64,000 nt of DNA. Origin: Mobula hypostoma (Eukaryota). Below, one piece after another: positions 52,236 to 64,000 of this stretch (positions are counted from its first letter, which is position 1; every line of letters starts with the position of its first letter). The position numbers and the translations under genes are program-made. The notes beneath the pieces were generated by a model. The model was not told where the DNA came from. It searched no databases and was given only the letters and a program-made list of their open reading frames with translations. Location of the stretch: the NCBI RefSeq assembly GCF_963921235.1, contig NC_086097.1:89282001-89346000 (forward strand), given 5' to 3'.

Positions 52236-52559
52236 GCCATTCAGAGCATCAGGAAGCACAGATTATAAATTTGTTGATTGTCAGGATGTTAATTGGTCCC
52301 CATTCCACCAGGGGATTAGACACTGCTTTGCTCCCCTCCCCCACTCTCAGAAACAAGAGCCCCCTGGTTCTTTGAACATCAAATGCTAAATTACATTTAT
52401 CTCTCTCTGGTCTGGGTCAGGTAACAAAAGCAAAGATGATAGTAAATCCAGCTGCTGTTTTGTGCAGGGTAAACTCAGGCTTGGATGGTGAGGCTAGTCT
52501 GGTAGTCCAGTTTTGTGAGTTAATGATTGAAAAACTGACCACTTCAGGACCTCTCTAGA

Positions 52560-52860
52560 AATGCTGGGGCTTTATAAGATAATGGTCAGACTGCACTTGG
52601 AGTATTGTGAGCAGTTTTGGGCCTCTTATGTAAGAAAGGATCATTGAAGAGAGTCCAGAGGAGGTACGCGAGAATGATTCTGGGAATAGAAGGGTTAATG
52701 CATGCGGAGTGTTTGATGGCTATGGACCTGTAGTTGCTTGAGTTTTGAAGAAAGGGGGGGATGACGACTCATTGAAACCTATCGAAAATGGGAACACCTA
52801 GATAGAGTGGACTTGGAGAGGATGTTCCCAAAAGTTGGGGAGTCTAGGACCAGAGGGCTA
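52560..52860 (+). mobile_element. CR1 fragment
   Basis: ggtcagactgcacttggagtattgtgagcagttttgg. Confidence 0.75.
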
Positions 52861-53063
52861 ATGGAGATAGTGGGTGGGATTAAGCTGTGATACCATTGTT
52901 AGCTATCAAACTGCCGGACATTGTGCTGGATCTTGCTTGCACAATGATAGAATCGGAAAAGAGCCAGTGTTAAATTTTCAATGAATTAACCAGAATAAGA
53001 ATCAGGTTTGTACCATTGGCATCTGTTGTGAAATTTGTTGGTTTGTGACAGTAGTACAGTATA

Positions 53064-53454
53064 AGGCGGGTCCTGGCACCTTAAAACTAGTGCTTTGGGT
53101 AGATGGAGCTCATCAGCCTGAGAAAGCAGTCCATCTAAGAGAGGGAAAACTCTGATTTCAAACTTCAGCTGCCTTGCGGCCATACCCACTCATGGGAAAG
53201 GCTTTGGGAGTAAACCCTGAGGACAAATCCGGAGCTGGAGTCCCTAAGGCAGTCCGACGTTGCCTTCAACCTCGTTCTGGCAACTCCTGCGACGACACTG
53301 GTGCCAAGCTGTATCGGCCCTTGCCCTTACCTTGGACAATATCGATGTCGTGGAGAGGGGCAACTGTCGGTCTTCTATACAACCTTGCCCAGGTCTGCGC
53401 CCTGGAAACTTCCAGGTGCAGATCCACGGTCTCGTGAGACTAACGGATGCCACC
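53064..53454 (+). mobile_element. RTE-related non-autonomous element (bipartite 5'UTR/3'UTR type)
   Basis: gcagtccatctaagagagggaaaactctg and 3' cagatccacggtctcgtgagactaacggatgcc resemble RTE termini; interrupts a Rex 3' UTR. Confidence 0.55.
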
Positions 53455-54285
53455 ATAATACACTAAATATTATTATAGGTTAAATAATAAATATATAAAA
53501 TAAATAAATAATGCAAAAATAGAGCAAAGTAGTGAGGTAGTATTCATGGGTTCAGAGACTGTTCAGAAATTTGATATTAGAGCAAAGGAAGGAGAAAATC
53601 ATGCAGTGTGCATCCTCAAGTTCTTGTACCTCCTCCCTAATGGTAATGAAAAGCAGTCATGTCCTAGATGAAGAGAGTTCTTAATGATGAGTTCTTGAAG
53701 ATGTCCTCGAAGGTGTTGAGGCTAGTTCCCATTCAACATTAATTAGCCTTGCCAATGGAGCCAGTCAGAGAATTTTAGAAATGGTCGTATCGCAAGGTTG
53801 GAAGGCATGGAGTGAGTGGCACATGGTGTGAGTTAGCAGCATAGCACCAGATCATCTTAAGGCGATGACAGGTGACAAATGGGTGGAACTAGCTGCAAAC
53901 ACACTGTGTTGGCACCACCTTTTGGATTTGTTTTTGTCATGGACACCATTAGAAGGGGCTGCATTCACTCCCAGGTCTCCTTGTGAGTTAATGGGGAAAT
54001 GATACTGTCTGGCTGATGAAAAGGGGGGAAAATGTTGTTTTGCATAATTGAAGATTGCCACCCATTTAAGACTTTATTAAGCACTTACTTTAATTTAGAA
54101 ATCTGGGTGAGAGTCAGAGTTCCATGGTCCAGGGCTCATGGCAGTGAGTTGGTCTAGAGCTTGTGAGGAAGCTGGTTGAATTGGAAATGTATTTGACGTG
54201 AGCAATATTAACCTAAGCTAGGATATGGTGGGGCACATGGCAGAATTAAGATGGAAAGGCTGGAGTGTCTTTACCCAGTTTACCA

Positions 54286-54339
54286 TGAAGGCACTGGACT
54301 GTCCTTATACACTGAAGGCACTGGACTGTCCTTATACAC
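54286..54339. repeat. Perfect 27-bp tandem duplication
   Basis: tgaaggcactggactgtccttatacac occurs twice. Confidence 0.95.
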
Positions 54340-56219
54340 TGTGTCTTAGACACATCCTGCCAGATACACTAATAAATGCTTAGCTTGGCAGGCCTGGGTT
54401 TTGTGGCAACTCAGACTTGCTGTAGCAACACCGGGGAGTTAGAGTCTGCCAACTTCTTTTTTTCCTAAGGAGTAACAGAGGGAGCTTGTATTTCTACAGT
54501 GCCTTTTTATGGCTTCAGGACATCCCAAATCATTTTAAACCTAATTACATACCTTTAAGATGTGATCACTGTTTTAACTTTAGAAACTAGTTGAAAGCTT
54601 TACAATGTCAAGGTGCTAGGTAACTTCAAGTAAATGCTGCCTAGTAAGTGTTGGCTATGTAATCAAAGAGTATTTCCGGTCTTTATGCTTTAAGCAGCAG
54701 TTTCTTGACTTATGAAGCAATGCACTGAATGTGCACTTAAGGGGTGATTGCCTGCAACCTATTCTTTCCAAAAATAGTGACAGAGATGCACTCAACACAC
54801 ACAGTTCCCCTGACTGAAAATGTCCATTATAAAATTATATACAACTCACCCTCCTTGACACATAACCTTTATACATCTGGAGAGCCAAGAGACTGCAGAT
54901 CTGGAATCTGGAGGACAGTTAAAACACTGGAGGAACTCAACGGGCCAGGCAACATCTATGGAAGGAAATAGGCAGTTGTCATTTTGACAAGACCCTTTAT
55001 CTGGACTTTTGTTAACGTGACTGAATATTGGAGCAGTATTGAGGGGAAGATTTTGCATATGCTTATTTGGGAAGAATTTTATAGGGATAATGCAGGGCGA
55101 TCTTTTCTCCATCTGCCCTCCTGTGATGAATATTTGTCGGAGAGTTGATCTTTAGCCTACTTGTGCCAGATGCAATGTTGAATAGGTGGAGGTAAGAGTT
55201 GATGAAGCACGTGATTGGCCACAAGGTGCAGCAACAGACCAGTCATGCTTCCATCTCGGGCTACTGAGGGAGACATGTTTTAATGTTCAACGCGCATATC
55301 TGGTATTTGCTGAATGGAAGCTTCTAGCTCTTGTTTCTTTTGGATCTATTTTTGAATGGCGTGCAGCCAAGTGGGCTCTTGCTCAGGTTAATCATCTGCT
55401 AAACCAGTGCAGTCAAATGAAGACTGGCGGGATAGGCCCCACTCTGTTACACCTCGATGAGCAGCAGCTATGCCATTTGAAGGACTAATCTAGGAAATCT
55501 GCATTGCAGCCAGAGCAAATGAGGAATGGGGGCGGGTGCGTGGGTGGTGAGTGTCAGCAGAATGGAGGCCTTTTTTGTAGGCTAAAAGAAAAATAAGGAA
55601 GCAGAATTGTGTCTGATTTGTTCATAACAATATCATACGGTGAGTGATGTGGGCTGGTGGATGCACAGTACAGTAGCGGTAGCAGTAACCTTACAGAACT
55701 GTTCCAGTCCAAGAGGAGAGATTCTGCAATGTGTGCCAGCTATTAAGTGCCCTGCAGTTCTACAACACCATCATCCCAATTCCATTTCCTCCTCTGCCTT
55801 GGACAGTAAAGCAGCTTGCGCTAATCAACATCATCCCAAGTTGTGGGCTGCGTTTGAGAAATCTAAGTGTTAGTTATATTCAGATAGAGCCAAATGGCCT
55901 TTCTCTATGATCTTTGCCACCAGCCAGCTGTAGGGGACTGGCTCTCTTCAGTCCAATTCGCCCAAGAGATTGACTAAATGTAGGAAGCTTTCATCGTGGA
56001 AGAAGACTTGTTTGGTCTGTGCATTTACTTGTACTCCCCTGCTCTTTGTTGACAATCTGCAGTTCATCTCCGAGCAGTGATTCCCTTTGAATATGGTTGT
56101 GTTAGTTTATATAGTTCCACTTGTCCATTCCAGACGGTAATAATTTGCCAGTCTTGGGGAGAAAAATAAAATCCTCATTTTTGTCTTTGAATCCCATGTC
56201 AGTTTTCTTAAATTCTTCT

Positions 56220-56535
56220 TGCCTATTAAGATGTATGAGGAGGCCAACTAGCTCATCAAGTTTTTGCCAGCTCCCATTCCCCGACCTGTTCATATACCCA
56301 TTAATTCCCCCAACCCCCCTAATTTTCTGCCGGCCACCTACACACAAGGGGCAGTTTACATCAGTCAATTAATCTACTAATCTGAACATCTTTTGGATGT
56401 TGTAGGAAACCGCAGCACTGTATGGAAACTGACGCAGTCACAGGGAGAACGTGCAAACTTCAATTAGACGGGGTGGGGTGCGGGAGCCATAATCACTAGA
56501 GTTGTAGGACAACAGCAATACCTGCTGTGCCACAA
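56220..56535 (-). mobile_element. V-SINE-like SINE, degraded
   Basis: ggggcagtttaca..gcagtcacagggagaacgtgcaaact. Confidence 0.65.
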
Positions 56536-56689
56536 TGCCAACCTCTGGATATTCATGCTAATGCCACAACAACGGTTTCCATCTATCTTTTCAGCTCAAT
56601 AATTTTCAATGTTTCCAAAAAATTCCCCTTTATCCTCTCTGCTCAAAGGAAACATGCAAATCCAAGTTCAATTTTGCATGTTTGTTGTC

Positions 56690-57170
56690 ATGGTTTGTTT
56701 ACGTGTTCCCAGGGTATAAATGGCATGAAAATTAGCATTATGTAGCAGCATCTCAGTACTTACAAATTCAAGTATAAACTTACATTAAACTAAATTATAT
56801 ATAACTTACATGACAAAATAATCAAAATAAACACAACAACACAAGTGAAAATTGAGAGAAAGTAAAGCCTGTAATCTGAAGTAGTAAGGTTTTTCAGGTC
56901 AGTTCAAGAACTTGATGCCAGTGGGGAAGAAGCTGTCATTGAAACTTGAGGTCTTCAGTCTCCTGTGCTTCCTGTGTGATTGCAGCATTGGGAAGTGGGC
57001 GCAGCCTAGATGGATGGTGTCCTAGATGATAGATTGAACCATCCTCATGAAGATATCCTCTGGAGGGGAGATTGTACCCATGGTAGCACTGGCTGAGTCC
57101 GCCGCTCTCTGTAGCCTCTTGTGCTCCTGCGCATTAGAGTTTCCATACCAGGCCACGATGCAAACAGAAA
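56690..57170 (-). mobile_element. Rex1/Babar 3' remnant
   Basis: gggaagaagctgtcattgaaac..ccataccaggccacgatgca. Confidence 0.65.
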
Positions 57171-57239
57171 GAATAATGTATGACGTCCTTAACACTAATC
57201 ATGTGAACTCCGATGCTCCTCTCCTTGATTCTGACAGCA

Positions 57240-57480
57240 TTTCTCCCCGTCCCGCTGCTCCTCGTCCCAGTCCCACGCCCCCTCCTCGCCATTCCGCGCC
57301 CCCTCCTCACCGTCCCGCCCCCTCCTCCCCATCCCGCGCCCACTCCTCCCCGTCCCACACCCCCTCCTCTCTGTCCCGCCCCCCCATCCCGCCCACTCCT
57401 CCCTGTCCCACAAACCTTCTCCCCGTCCTGCACCCTGTCCACCCGTCCAACCCCCATCCACCTGCCCTGTCACCCCTCTC
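57240..57480. repeat. C-rich low-complexity tract (G-rich on the minus strand)
   Basis: Degenerate cccctcctc-ccgtccc units. Confidence 0.85.
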
Positions 57481-58382
57481 TTTCTGATTCTATGATCTTC
57501 TCATGTTTATGCCCCATCCCTTTCACCCGTCTTTGTCTCCTTTCTCTTTCCTGACTCTGTCCACCCACCTGACACACAGGTTACAACCCCACCCCCATCC
57601 TCCATCCAACATCTTGTTCCAACTAGCATTCACCTTTCTCTTCTCCTCTAATGGTTCCCATTTTCACCTCCTTCGCTTAGCCAAATCTGGCACTGTTAGC
57701 ACTTTGTGTTCCTCCCTGCCTACCTCCAGCAGCTGTCTTCCAGCTTCATTTTCCCCTTTCATCACTTTTCTGTTTTTCCCTTCCCCTTCTCCCTCTTCCC
57801 CCTTCCCCCTCCCCAATTACCTCCCTACCTGATGCAACCTGTCTCTCACCTTACAGCCCTCTCTGTACGAAAGTCATCTCCTCTCTGTACTGGCCATCTC
57901 ACCTCTCCACCCTCAGTCCTGATGCAAGGTTTCAAACTGAAACACTTCTTTCCTCCCACAGAGGCTTCTTGACCCATTGACTTCTTCCAGCAGATTGTTT
58001 TTTGCTCCAGGTTCCAGTATCTGTAGTTTCTTGTGCCTCCATCTTGCCCTAATGTTTCCCTCCTAAGGGCAGAGAGCTCGGTCAGCACACTGTTTCTCAG
58101 GGCAGCTCAGTGATCAGTGCCCAGATATTCAGCTCTGGAACAGGGCTGGAATCCATGACTTTCTGTCTTAAGAATATAAGCACATGAAGCAAACATAAGC
58201 TCAATTTCCAATTAAATGTTTCATAAAGAAATGTATTTCATCCTGTGAGAAAACTGACCTATACGAGTGTGCACACAGGTGGAGAGAGGGGTTATTGTCC
58301 TTTGTTTCTACTTGACATGCAGCGGGGCTGAACTGGGATTTGGCATGAAGAATGCCTGATTGACAATTTCCTGCATCGTTAG

Positions 58383-58592
58383 AGGGTCTGTTCATCCAAA
58401 CACAAAGCCCAGAAAAGGCTGGGGAAAACCGAGACAGCCCACTGGAGCATCAAGCCAACTCAAGATGCACCTCTTCATCTTCTGCAGCTGCTGCTGATTG
58501 GATGGTCCGTCACCTTCGACCTTTGCACTTCGGCCTTTGTGCAAGCAACACTCAGTGCTATCAGAAGCAAGCTGCAAGGCGAGCTGCCCAAG
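58383..58592 (+). other. Candidate exon (210 nt); ATG gives MVRHLRPLHFGLCASNTQCYQKQAARRAAQ plus phase 1
   Basis: Donor AAG|GTGAGG at 58593; modest acceptor tttcctgcatcgttag; two frames open; non-repetitive sequence. Confidence 0.35.
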
Positions 58593-58729
58593 GTGAGGAA
58601 ATGGGAACCTTTGAGGGCTGAGGTGGTTGGATGTGGTCATGGCTTGAAGACCCATTCCAGAAATCCAGGCCAGCAGTTAAGAGTATCATTTTTAAGCTGA
58701 GTTGTTAAACTATTAATTGAGTAGAATGA

Positions 58730-58920
58730 AAAGGGTCACAGGGGACTATTTGTAGTAAAAAAGAGGAGTTCTTTTAAGTGTCCTGGCTGATAATTATCCC
58801 TCAGTCTGCTTATTATTGCATTCCTTTATGTGGGAGCTTGTTCACTGTAAATTGTCTGCTGTGTTTATAAATTGCGACAGGTATTTTGTTGGTTGTGGTG
58901 TGTTTTGAAATGGCATTGGG
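58730..58920 (+). mobile_element. Deu-domain-like ancient SINE remnant
   Basis: gaggagttc..gtgtcctggc..tgtgggagcttg..aaattgtctgct; related remnants near 19450-19740 (+) and 54490-54760 (-). Confidence 0.45.
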
Positions 58921-60697
58921 TGCCACTGTTTTTCATGGGAACTGCGGGTCAGTAAGAACCATTTATGAGGTGCGTACTGCAGAATACATTATTAAACCAC
59001 AGTTGGTCTAAGGTATAAAGGAAACGTGTAGAAACAGTCATTTAAATGCCATGGAAGTTGAATTGAGATTAGGTTACATGCTAGTTTATAGGCAACGTTC
59101 TTTGTACTTTTCCTGTGTTTTATCCCTGGGTTTCTGATTACATGCTAGAAATAATAAGGTCAGTCTGAAATGCACAAAGTATTTCTGTTCAGTGTTATAA
59201 CACCTGCTTCTTATGGGCTGACTACTACCTCATTTCCTTTTCCCACTTGGTCGTTTGAGTCAGCATTATTTCCAGGGTTGGCGATGAAACCCAGGTACAA
59301 AGAGACAGGACCAACAGGCCTATTAGTTGCATTCATGCTCCCCCTACCACCCTCTTGAGGGTGGCACCGTTCTGGCTTCTCTGGCCCTAATGAACTGGCA
59401 TTGTGCCAGCCTATATCCTGCAGCCTCCAACGGCTCACTGGTAGCAGCTTTGGGTTACATGGGAGTTTTTAGGCGACATTCTTTGCACGGTTCCTTGCCT
59501 CAGTCAGGAAGATGTGAGCTTAAGTCTTGAGCCCATATTCCACACTGTCGGATTTCCATCTTTTTGAACAACACAGCCTTTTAGAGCTTAGACATCAGAA
59601 TTAAATGTTGATTAGTTGGCCACATTGCATTTTCTGTTTCGTGTGTGTGTGTATGCATGAGTGAGAGGCGCAATTTCCTTTTGAAAATTGGTTACTATTA
59701 AATGTTTTTCCTCTGCCCTCTGAAGCAGTGCATTCCACAGCAAACAGCTGTGTTTTCAGAAGAGAAACCTTCTGTATGCCTCCTTGCCAGCTTCCTTAAC
59801 CCTGTACGCTCTGGTTACTGACCGATCTACAGTAGGGATCGTTCCTCTCTGTTTGCTCTATCAATGCCTGGTGTAACTTCGATCTCCTGTTGTTAAACCT
59901 CCTTCATTCTTCTCTCATTCAAGGAGAACAATCACATCTTTTCATAACCCATCTACAAGATCATTCATTCTCGCTTAACCCCAAGCCATCCCTGAGGTTT
60001 CATAGTGTATTGGGAGCCACTAACTCTTTGGTGAGTTGGGGTGGGGGTGGAGCTGCTAGTTAGATGTTAGAATATAAACTATTTTCACATGGATGGATAT
60101 CTCCCCTCATCCGAAAGACACCCTGATCTCATTACAGCCTACTGGGAGGGACTTTACGAGGGCTACCATCCTCTGACATCAACCCCCCTGTGCACTTCCC
60201 TAAGGAACCTCTGCAAGGGTAGGCAGTGGTTGTCCTTAGCAGATGCCACTGGAGATGTGCCATGTTCAATTTTGTATTTGTCCTAGTATTAGTTAAGGAC
60301 AGAATTCTGTGACCTCTAGTGCTGTTCACTTAGCTGGCCTGCCTCCATGCACTCTCCAATGGATACCTCTGAAGCCAGTGCCTTCAGGAGAAGATGAAGG
60401 GCAATTGCAAGGGATTTTAGAATTAAATGAGTGCATCATATTGTGGTGGATTAAGTTATGAAGATAGGTTACAACAACCTGTCTTCTGTTGCTTGAGGGT
60501 GGTAGATGTAGGAGAGGTGGGGATGATGCTGGGATCCATAACGAAAGATGTAATGCAGAACACTTGGAGAAGAATAATAGGATTGAATGGGATCAACATG
60601 GATTTATGAAAGGAAAATCATATTTGACCACTGGCGTACTTTTGAGGATGTGATTAGAAGAATAGATGATAGGGAAACCAGTGGATATGGTATATTT

Positions 60698-61750
60698 GTA
60701 CATCTGCTCTCACTCCATCCTCCCGCCACCCCACTAGGAATAGGGTTCCCCTGGTCCTCACCTACCACCCCACCAGCCTCCGGGTCCAACATATTATTCT
60801 CCGTAACTTCCGCCACCTCCAACGGGATCCCACCACTAAGCACATCTTTCCCTCCCCCCCTCTCTCTGCATTCCGCAGGGATCACTCCCTACACAACTCC
60901 CTTGTCCATTCGTCCCCTCCATCCCTCCCCACTGATCTCCTTCCTGGCACTTATCCGTGTAAGCGGAACAAGTGCTACACATGCCCTTACACTTCCTCCC
61001 TTACCACCATTCAGGGCCCCAAACAGTCCTTCCAGGTGAGGCAACACTTCACCTGTGAGTCGGCTGGGGTGATATACTGCGTCCGGTGCTCCCGATGTGG
61101 CCTTTTATATATTGGCGAGACCCAACGCAGACTGGGAGACTGCTTTGCTGAACACCTACGATATGTCCGCCAGAGAAAGCAGGATCTCCCAGTGGCCACA
61201 CATTTTAATTCCACATCCCATTTCCATTCTGACATGCCTATCCATGGCCTCCTCTACTGTAAAGATGAAGCCACACTCAGGTTGGAGGAACAACACCTTA
61301 TATTCCGTCTGGATAGCCTCCAACCTGATGGCATGAACATCAACTTCTCTAACTTCCGCTAATGCCCCACCTCCCCCTTGTACCCCATCTGTTACTTATT
61401 TTTATACACACATTCTTTCTCTCACTCTCCTTTTTCTCCCTCTGTCCCTCTGAATATACCCCTTGCCCATCCTCCGGGTCCCCCCACCTTGTCTTTCTTC
61501 CCAGACCTCCTGTCCCATGATCCTCTCGTATCCCTTTTGCCTATCACCTGTCCAGCTCTTGGCTCTATCCCTCCCCCTCCTGTCTTCTCCTATCATTTTG
61601 GATCTCCCCCTCCCCCTCCAACTTTCAAATCCCTTACTCACTCTTCCTTCAGTTAGTCCTGACGAAGGGTCTCGGCCTGAAACGTCGACTGCACCTCTTC
61701 CTAGAGATGCTGCCTGGCCTGCTGCGTTCACCAGCAACTTTTATGTGTTG
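60698..61750 (+). mobile_element. Young Penelope-like element 3' part with intact GIY-YIG coding segment
   Basis: GVIYCVRCSRCGLLYIGETQRRLGDCFAEH..VATHFN..RLEEQHLIFRL..PDGMN; pyrimidine-rich UTR; hammerhead. Confidence 0.95.
61655..61690 (+). ncRNA. Minimal type I hammerhead ribozyme
   Basis: AGUC CUGACGA AGG gucucgg CCU GAAAC GUC GACU. Confidence 0.8.
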
Positions 61751-61867
61751 TTTGGATTTTCAAGACATTTTATAAGGTCCGAAACAGAAAGTTGGTCAAT
61801 GAGATTAGAGCACATGGAATTAGGGGTTAATATGCCCAGCAGAATCTGTTACTGGAGTGGAATTATA

Positions 61868-62655
61868 AACACAAGAAAGTCTACCGATGCAGGAAATCCA
61901 AAGTGAGACACAAAAAATGCTGAATGAGCTTAGCAGGTCAGGCAGCATCTATGGAAATTAATAAACAGTCAACGTTTCGGGCTGAGACCCTTCTTCAGGA
62001 CTGAAAAAGATGGGGGAATATGCCAGAATAAAAAGTTGGGGGGAGGGAAAGGAGGAGAGCTAGAGGTAATAGGTGAAGCTAGGTGGGTGGGAAAGGTAAG
62101 GGGCTGGAGAAGAACGAGATGAGAGAGGAGTGTGGACCATGGGAGAAGGGGAAGGAGGAGGTGACCCAAGCTGAAGTGATAGGTACATGAGAAGAGGTAA
62201 GAGTCAGAGTCGGGAATAGAAGAGGGGAGTGGGAGGGAAGTTTTTTTTTAATGAGGAGAAATCGAAATTTATGCCATCAGGTTGGAGGCTACCCAGATGG
62301 AATATAAAGTATTGCTGCTCTACCCTGAGGGTAGCCTCAACTTGGCACAAGAGCAGGCCATGGCCCGACATATCGGAACTAAAATGTTTGGCCAGTAGGA
62401 AGTTCCACTTTTGGCAGATGGAGTGGAGATACTCAACGAGGCGGTCCCCCAATTTACAATGGGTCTCACCGATGTAGAGGAGTCTGCATCGGGAACACCA
62501 GACACAACAGACAGCCCCCAGCAGATTCGCAGGTGATGTATTGCCTCACCTGGAGGGGCTGTGAATGGAGGTGAGAGAGGAGGTGAACGGGCACTTAGAA
62601 TGCTTGCAGGGAGGGACAAATGGATAAGGGAATCATAGAGGGGAGTGGGGGGAAG
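61868..62655 (-). mobile_element. Penelope-like element 3' part, older
   Basis: GDRLVEYL..LRVEQQYFIFHLGSLQPDGIN. Confidence 0.85.
61966..62003 (-). ncRNA. Minimal hammerhead ribozyme variant
   Basis: Minus strand CAGUC CUGAAGA AGGGUCUCAGCCC GAAAC GUU GACUG. Confidence 0.65.
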
Positions 62656-63539
62656 TAAAGATATATTTAGTGGTAGGATATGTTCAGTGGAATTAAATGG
62701 AGCCTTCTCAAACTGGCAGGCTGTGACTGGTATGGTACTGTAAGGATCATTGCTTGGGCCCCAGCTGCCCATGACATGTGTCAAAAAGGTTGCATAGAGG
62801 ATCAAATGCCAAATTTCTAAGTTTGCTGATGCTACAGTTTTAGTTGGGTGTGTGAGGATGAAGGAGCGTGTGAGGACACATGGACAAACTGAGTATGTGG
62901 GTGAAAACATGGCAGATGGAATATAGTGTAGGAAAATCTGAGGTCAACCACTTATGTACATTAAAGAAAAAAAGCATATTAAATGGTGAGAGATTGCATA
63001 GTCCAGAAGTTCAAAGGAACCTGGGTGGTCTTGGACTGAATGCCAAAAGTCAGGTGCAGGATGAGATGAGAATTCATTGAAGCTAACAACATTCTTAAAG
63101 TGCTTAACAGGCTGGATGCAGCAAGAATTGAGGAAGGCAAGTGTTATGGTAACCTTTCTTAGGAGAGGATTTGAACACAGGAATAATGCAATAACGGAGA
63201 GGCTTTGTAAAACCACATCCAAGGGTCAAAGGTTCATTTTATTGTCAAAGTATGCATGTACAATACAACTCTGGTATTCGTCTTCTCCAGACAGCTATGA
63301 AATAGAGGGGAAAAAACTGTGGGAGTTGTCGAAAGGAAATGTATCAAGCCCCTCCCTCGCAAAAAAAGTGACAATAACATCAAACCCCCAACTCCCCCCT
63401 CACAAAAAAAAGGACTACACCATGGAGTTTTATTCTTTACCTAAGAAAGGACGCGTTTGCAATAGGGTCAGTGCAGTGAGGAGTCACTGCCCAAGCTGCA
63501 AAGTTAGCAGCTTTGTCACATGAGGAGAAATTGAATAGA

Positions 63540-64000
63540 CCATTTTTGTTTGGTTTATTTTTGTCACAGGTACTGAGGTACAGTGAAAAGCTTTTGTTTT
63601 GCATGTAATTATTACACCAATCATTAAACACAATGAAAAAAAAAGTTGGAGAGACATGATGAGGTAGATTGGTAGAACAATAGTTTGAAAGCTCACCGTT
63701 TAGCTTATGAGAGGAACATTTAAGAAACAATCAGATAGGAGCTGTCCTTGAATCTGGTGGTTCACAATCATGCTTTTCTCTCTTCTGTCCAATAGGAGAG
63801 TGGAGAAGAGAGAATAATTGGGGCAAGAAGGGTCCCTGATTACGTTGTCTGCTTTCCTGAGGCAGCAGATAGATAGATAGACATACTTTATTGATCCCGA
63901 GGGAAATTAGGTTTCATTATAGTTGCACCAACCAAGAACAGAGTACAAACATAGCAATACAAAACCACAAACAATCAAATAATAATATAATGTAGACAAT
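63540..64000 (-). mobile_element. Two Rex-like 3' ends, the second with a (gata)n tail at 63868
   Basis: tttattgatcccgagggaaatt after the gata repeats; ccttgaatctggtgg motif upstream. Confidence 0.6.

Larger units (their letters stand above)
60490..63220 (+). mobile_element. Old CR1 RT region split by two Penelope insertions
   Basis: caacatggatttatgaaaggaaaatc before 60700; ttggattttcaag at 61752; tctaagtttgctgatg at 62816; WQMEYSVGKSEV. Confidence 0.8.

Noticed and set aside
57047..57554. Pro-rich and Gly-rich ORFs
   Set aside because: Products of the C-rich low-complexity tract.
1..64000. CRISPR array, operons or other prokaryotic systems
   Set aside because: No repeat-spacer array or gene-dense organisation; the sequence is vertebrate and repeat-rich.

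Overview
Repeat-dominated vertebrate genomic DNA. The mix of CR1, Rex1/Babar, Penelope, L2 and V-/Deu-type SINE repeats suggests a cartilaginous fish, probably a ray (inference). No intact protein-coding gene or full-length autonomous element is present, and most ORF-track entries are repeat fragments or microsatellite artefacts. Mobile DNA is heavily nested: CR1, Rex1/Babar, Penelope-like elements carrying minimal hammerhead ribozymes, one L1 with a 13-bp TSD, a solo LTR, Tc1/mariner and hAT derivatives (one hAT with a 6-bp TSD), and several SINE families. The unique DNA holds a few + strand candidate exons. The best is 19956-20034, encoding MPEGSLCSAKEAASVE, so the window probably covers the long 5' introns of a + strand gene, tentatively a PLEKHG2/3-like RhoGEF (from memory, unverified). 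Family names come from recognising motifs by eye, and boundaries lacking TSD/TIR evidence are approximate.
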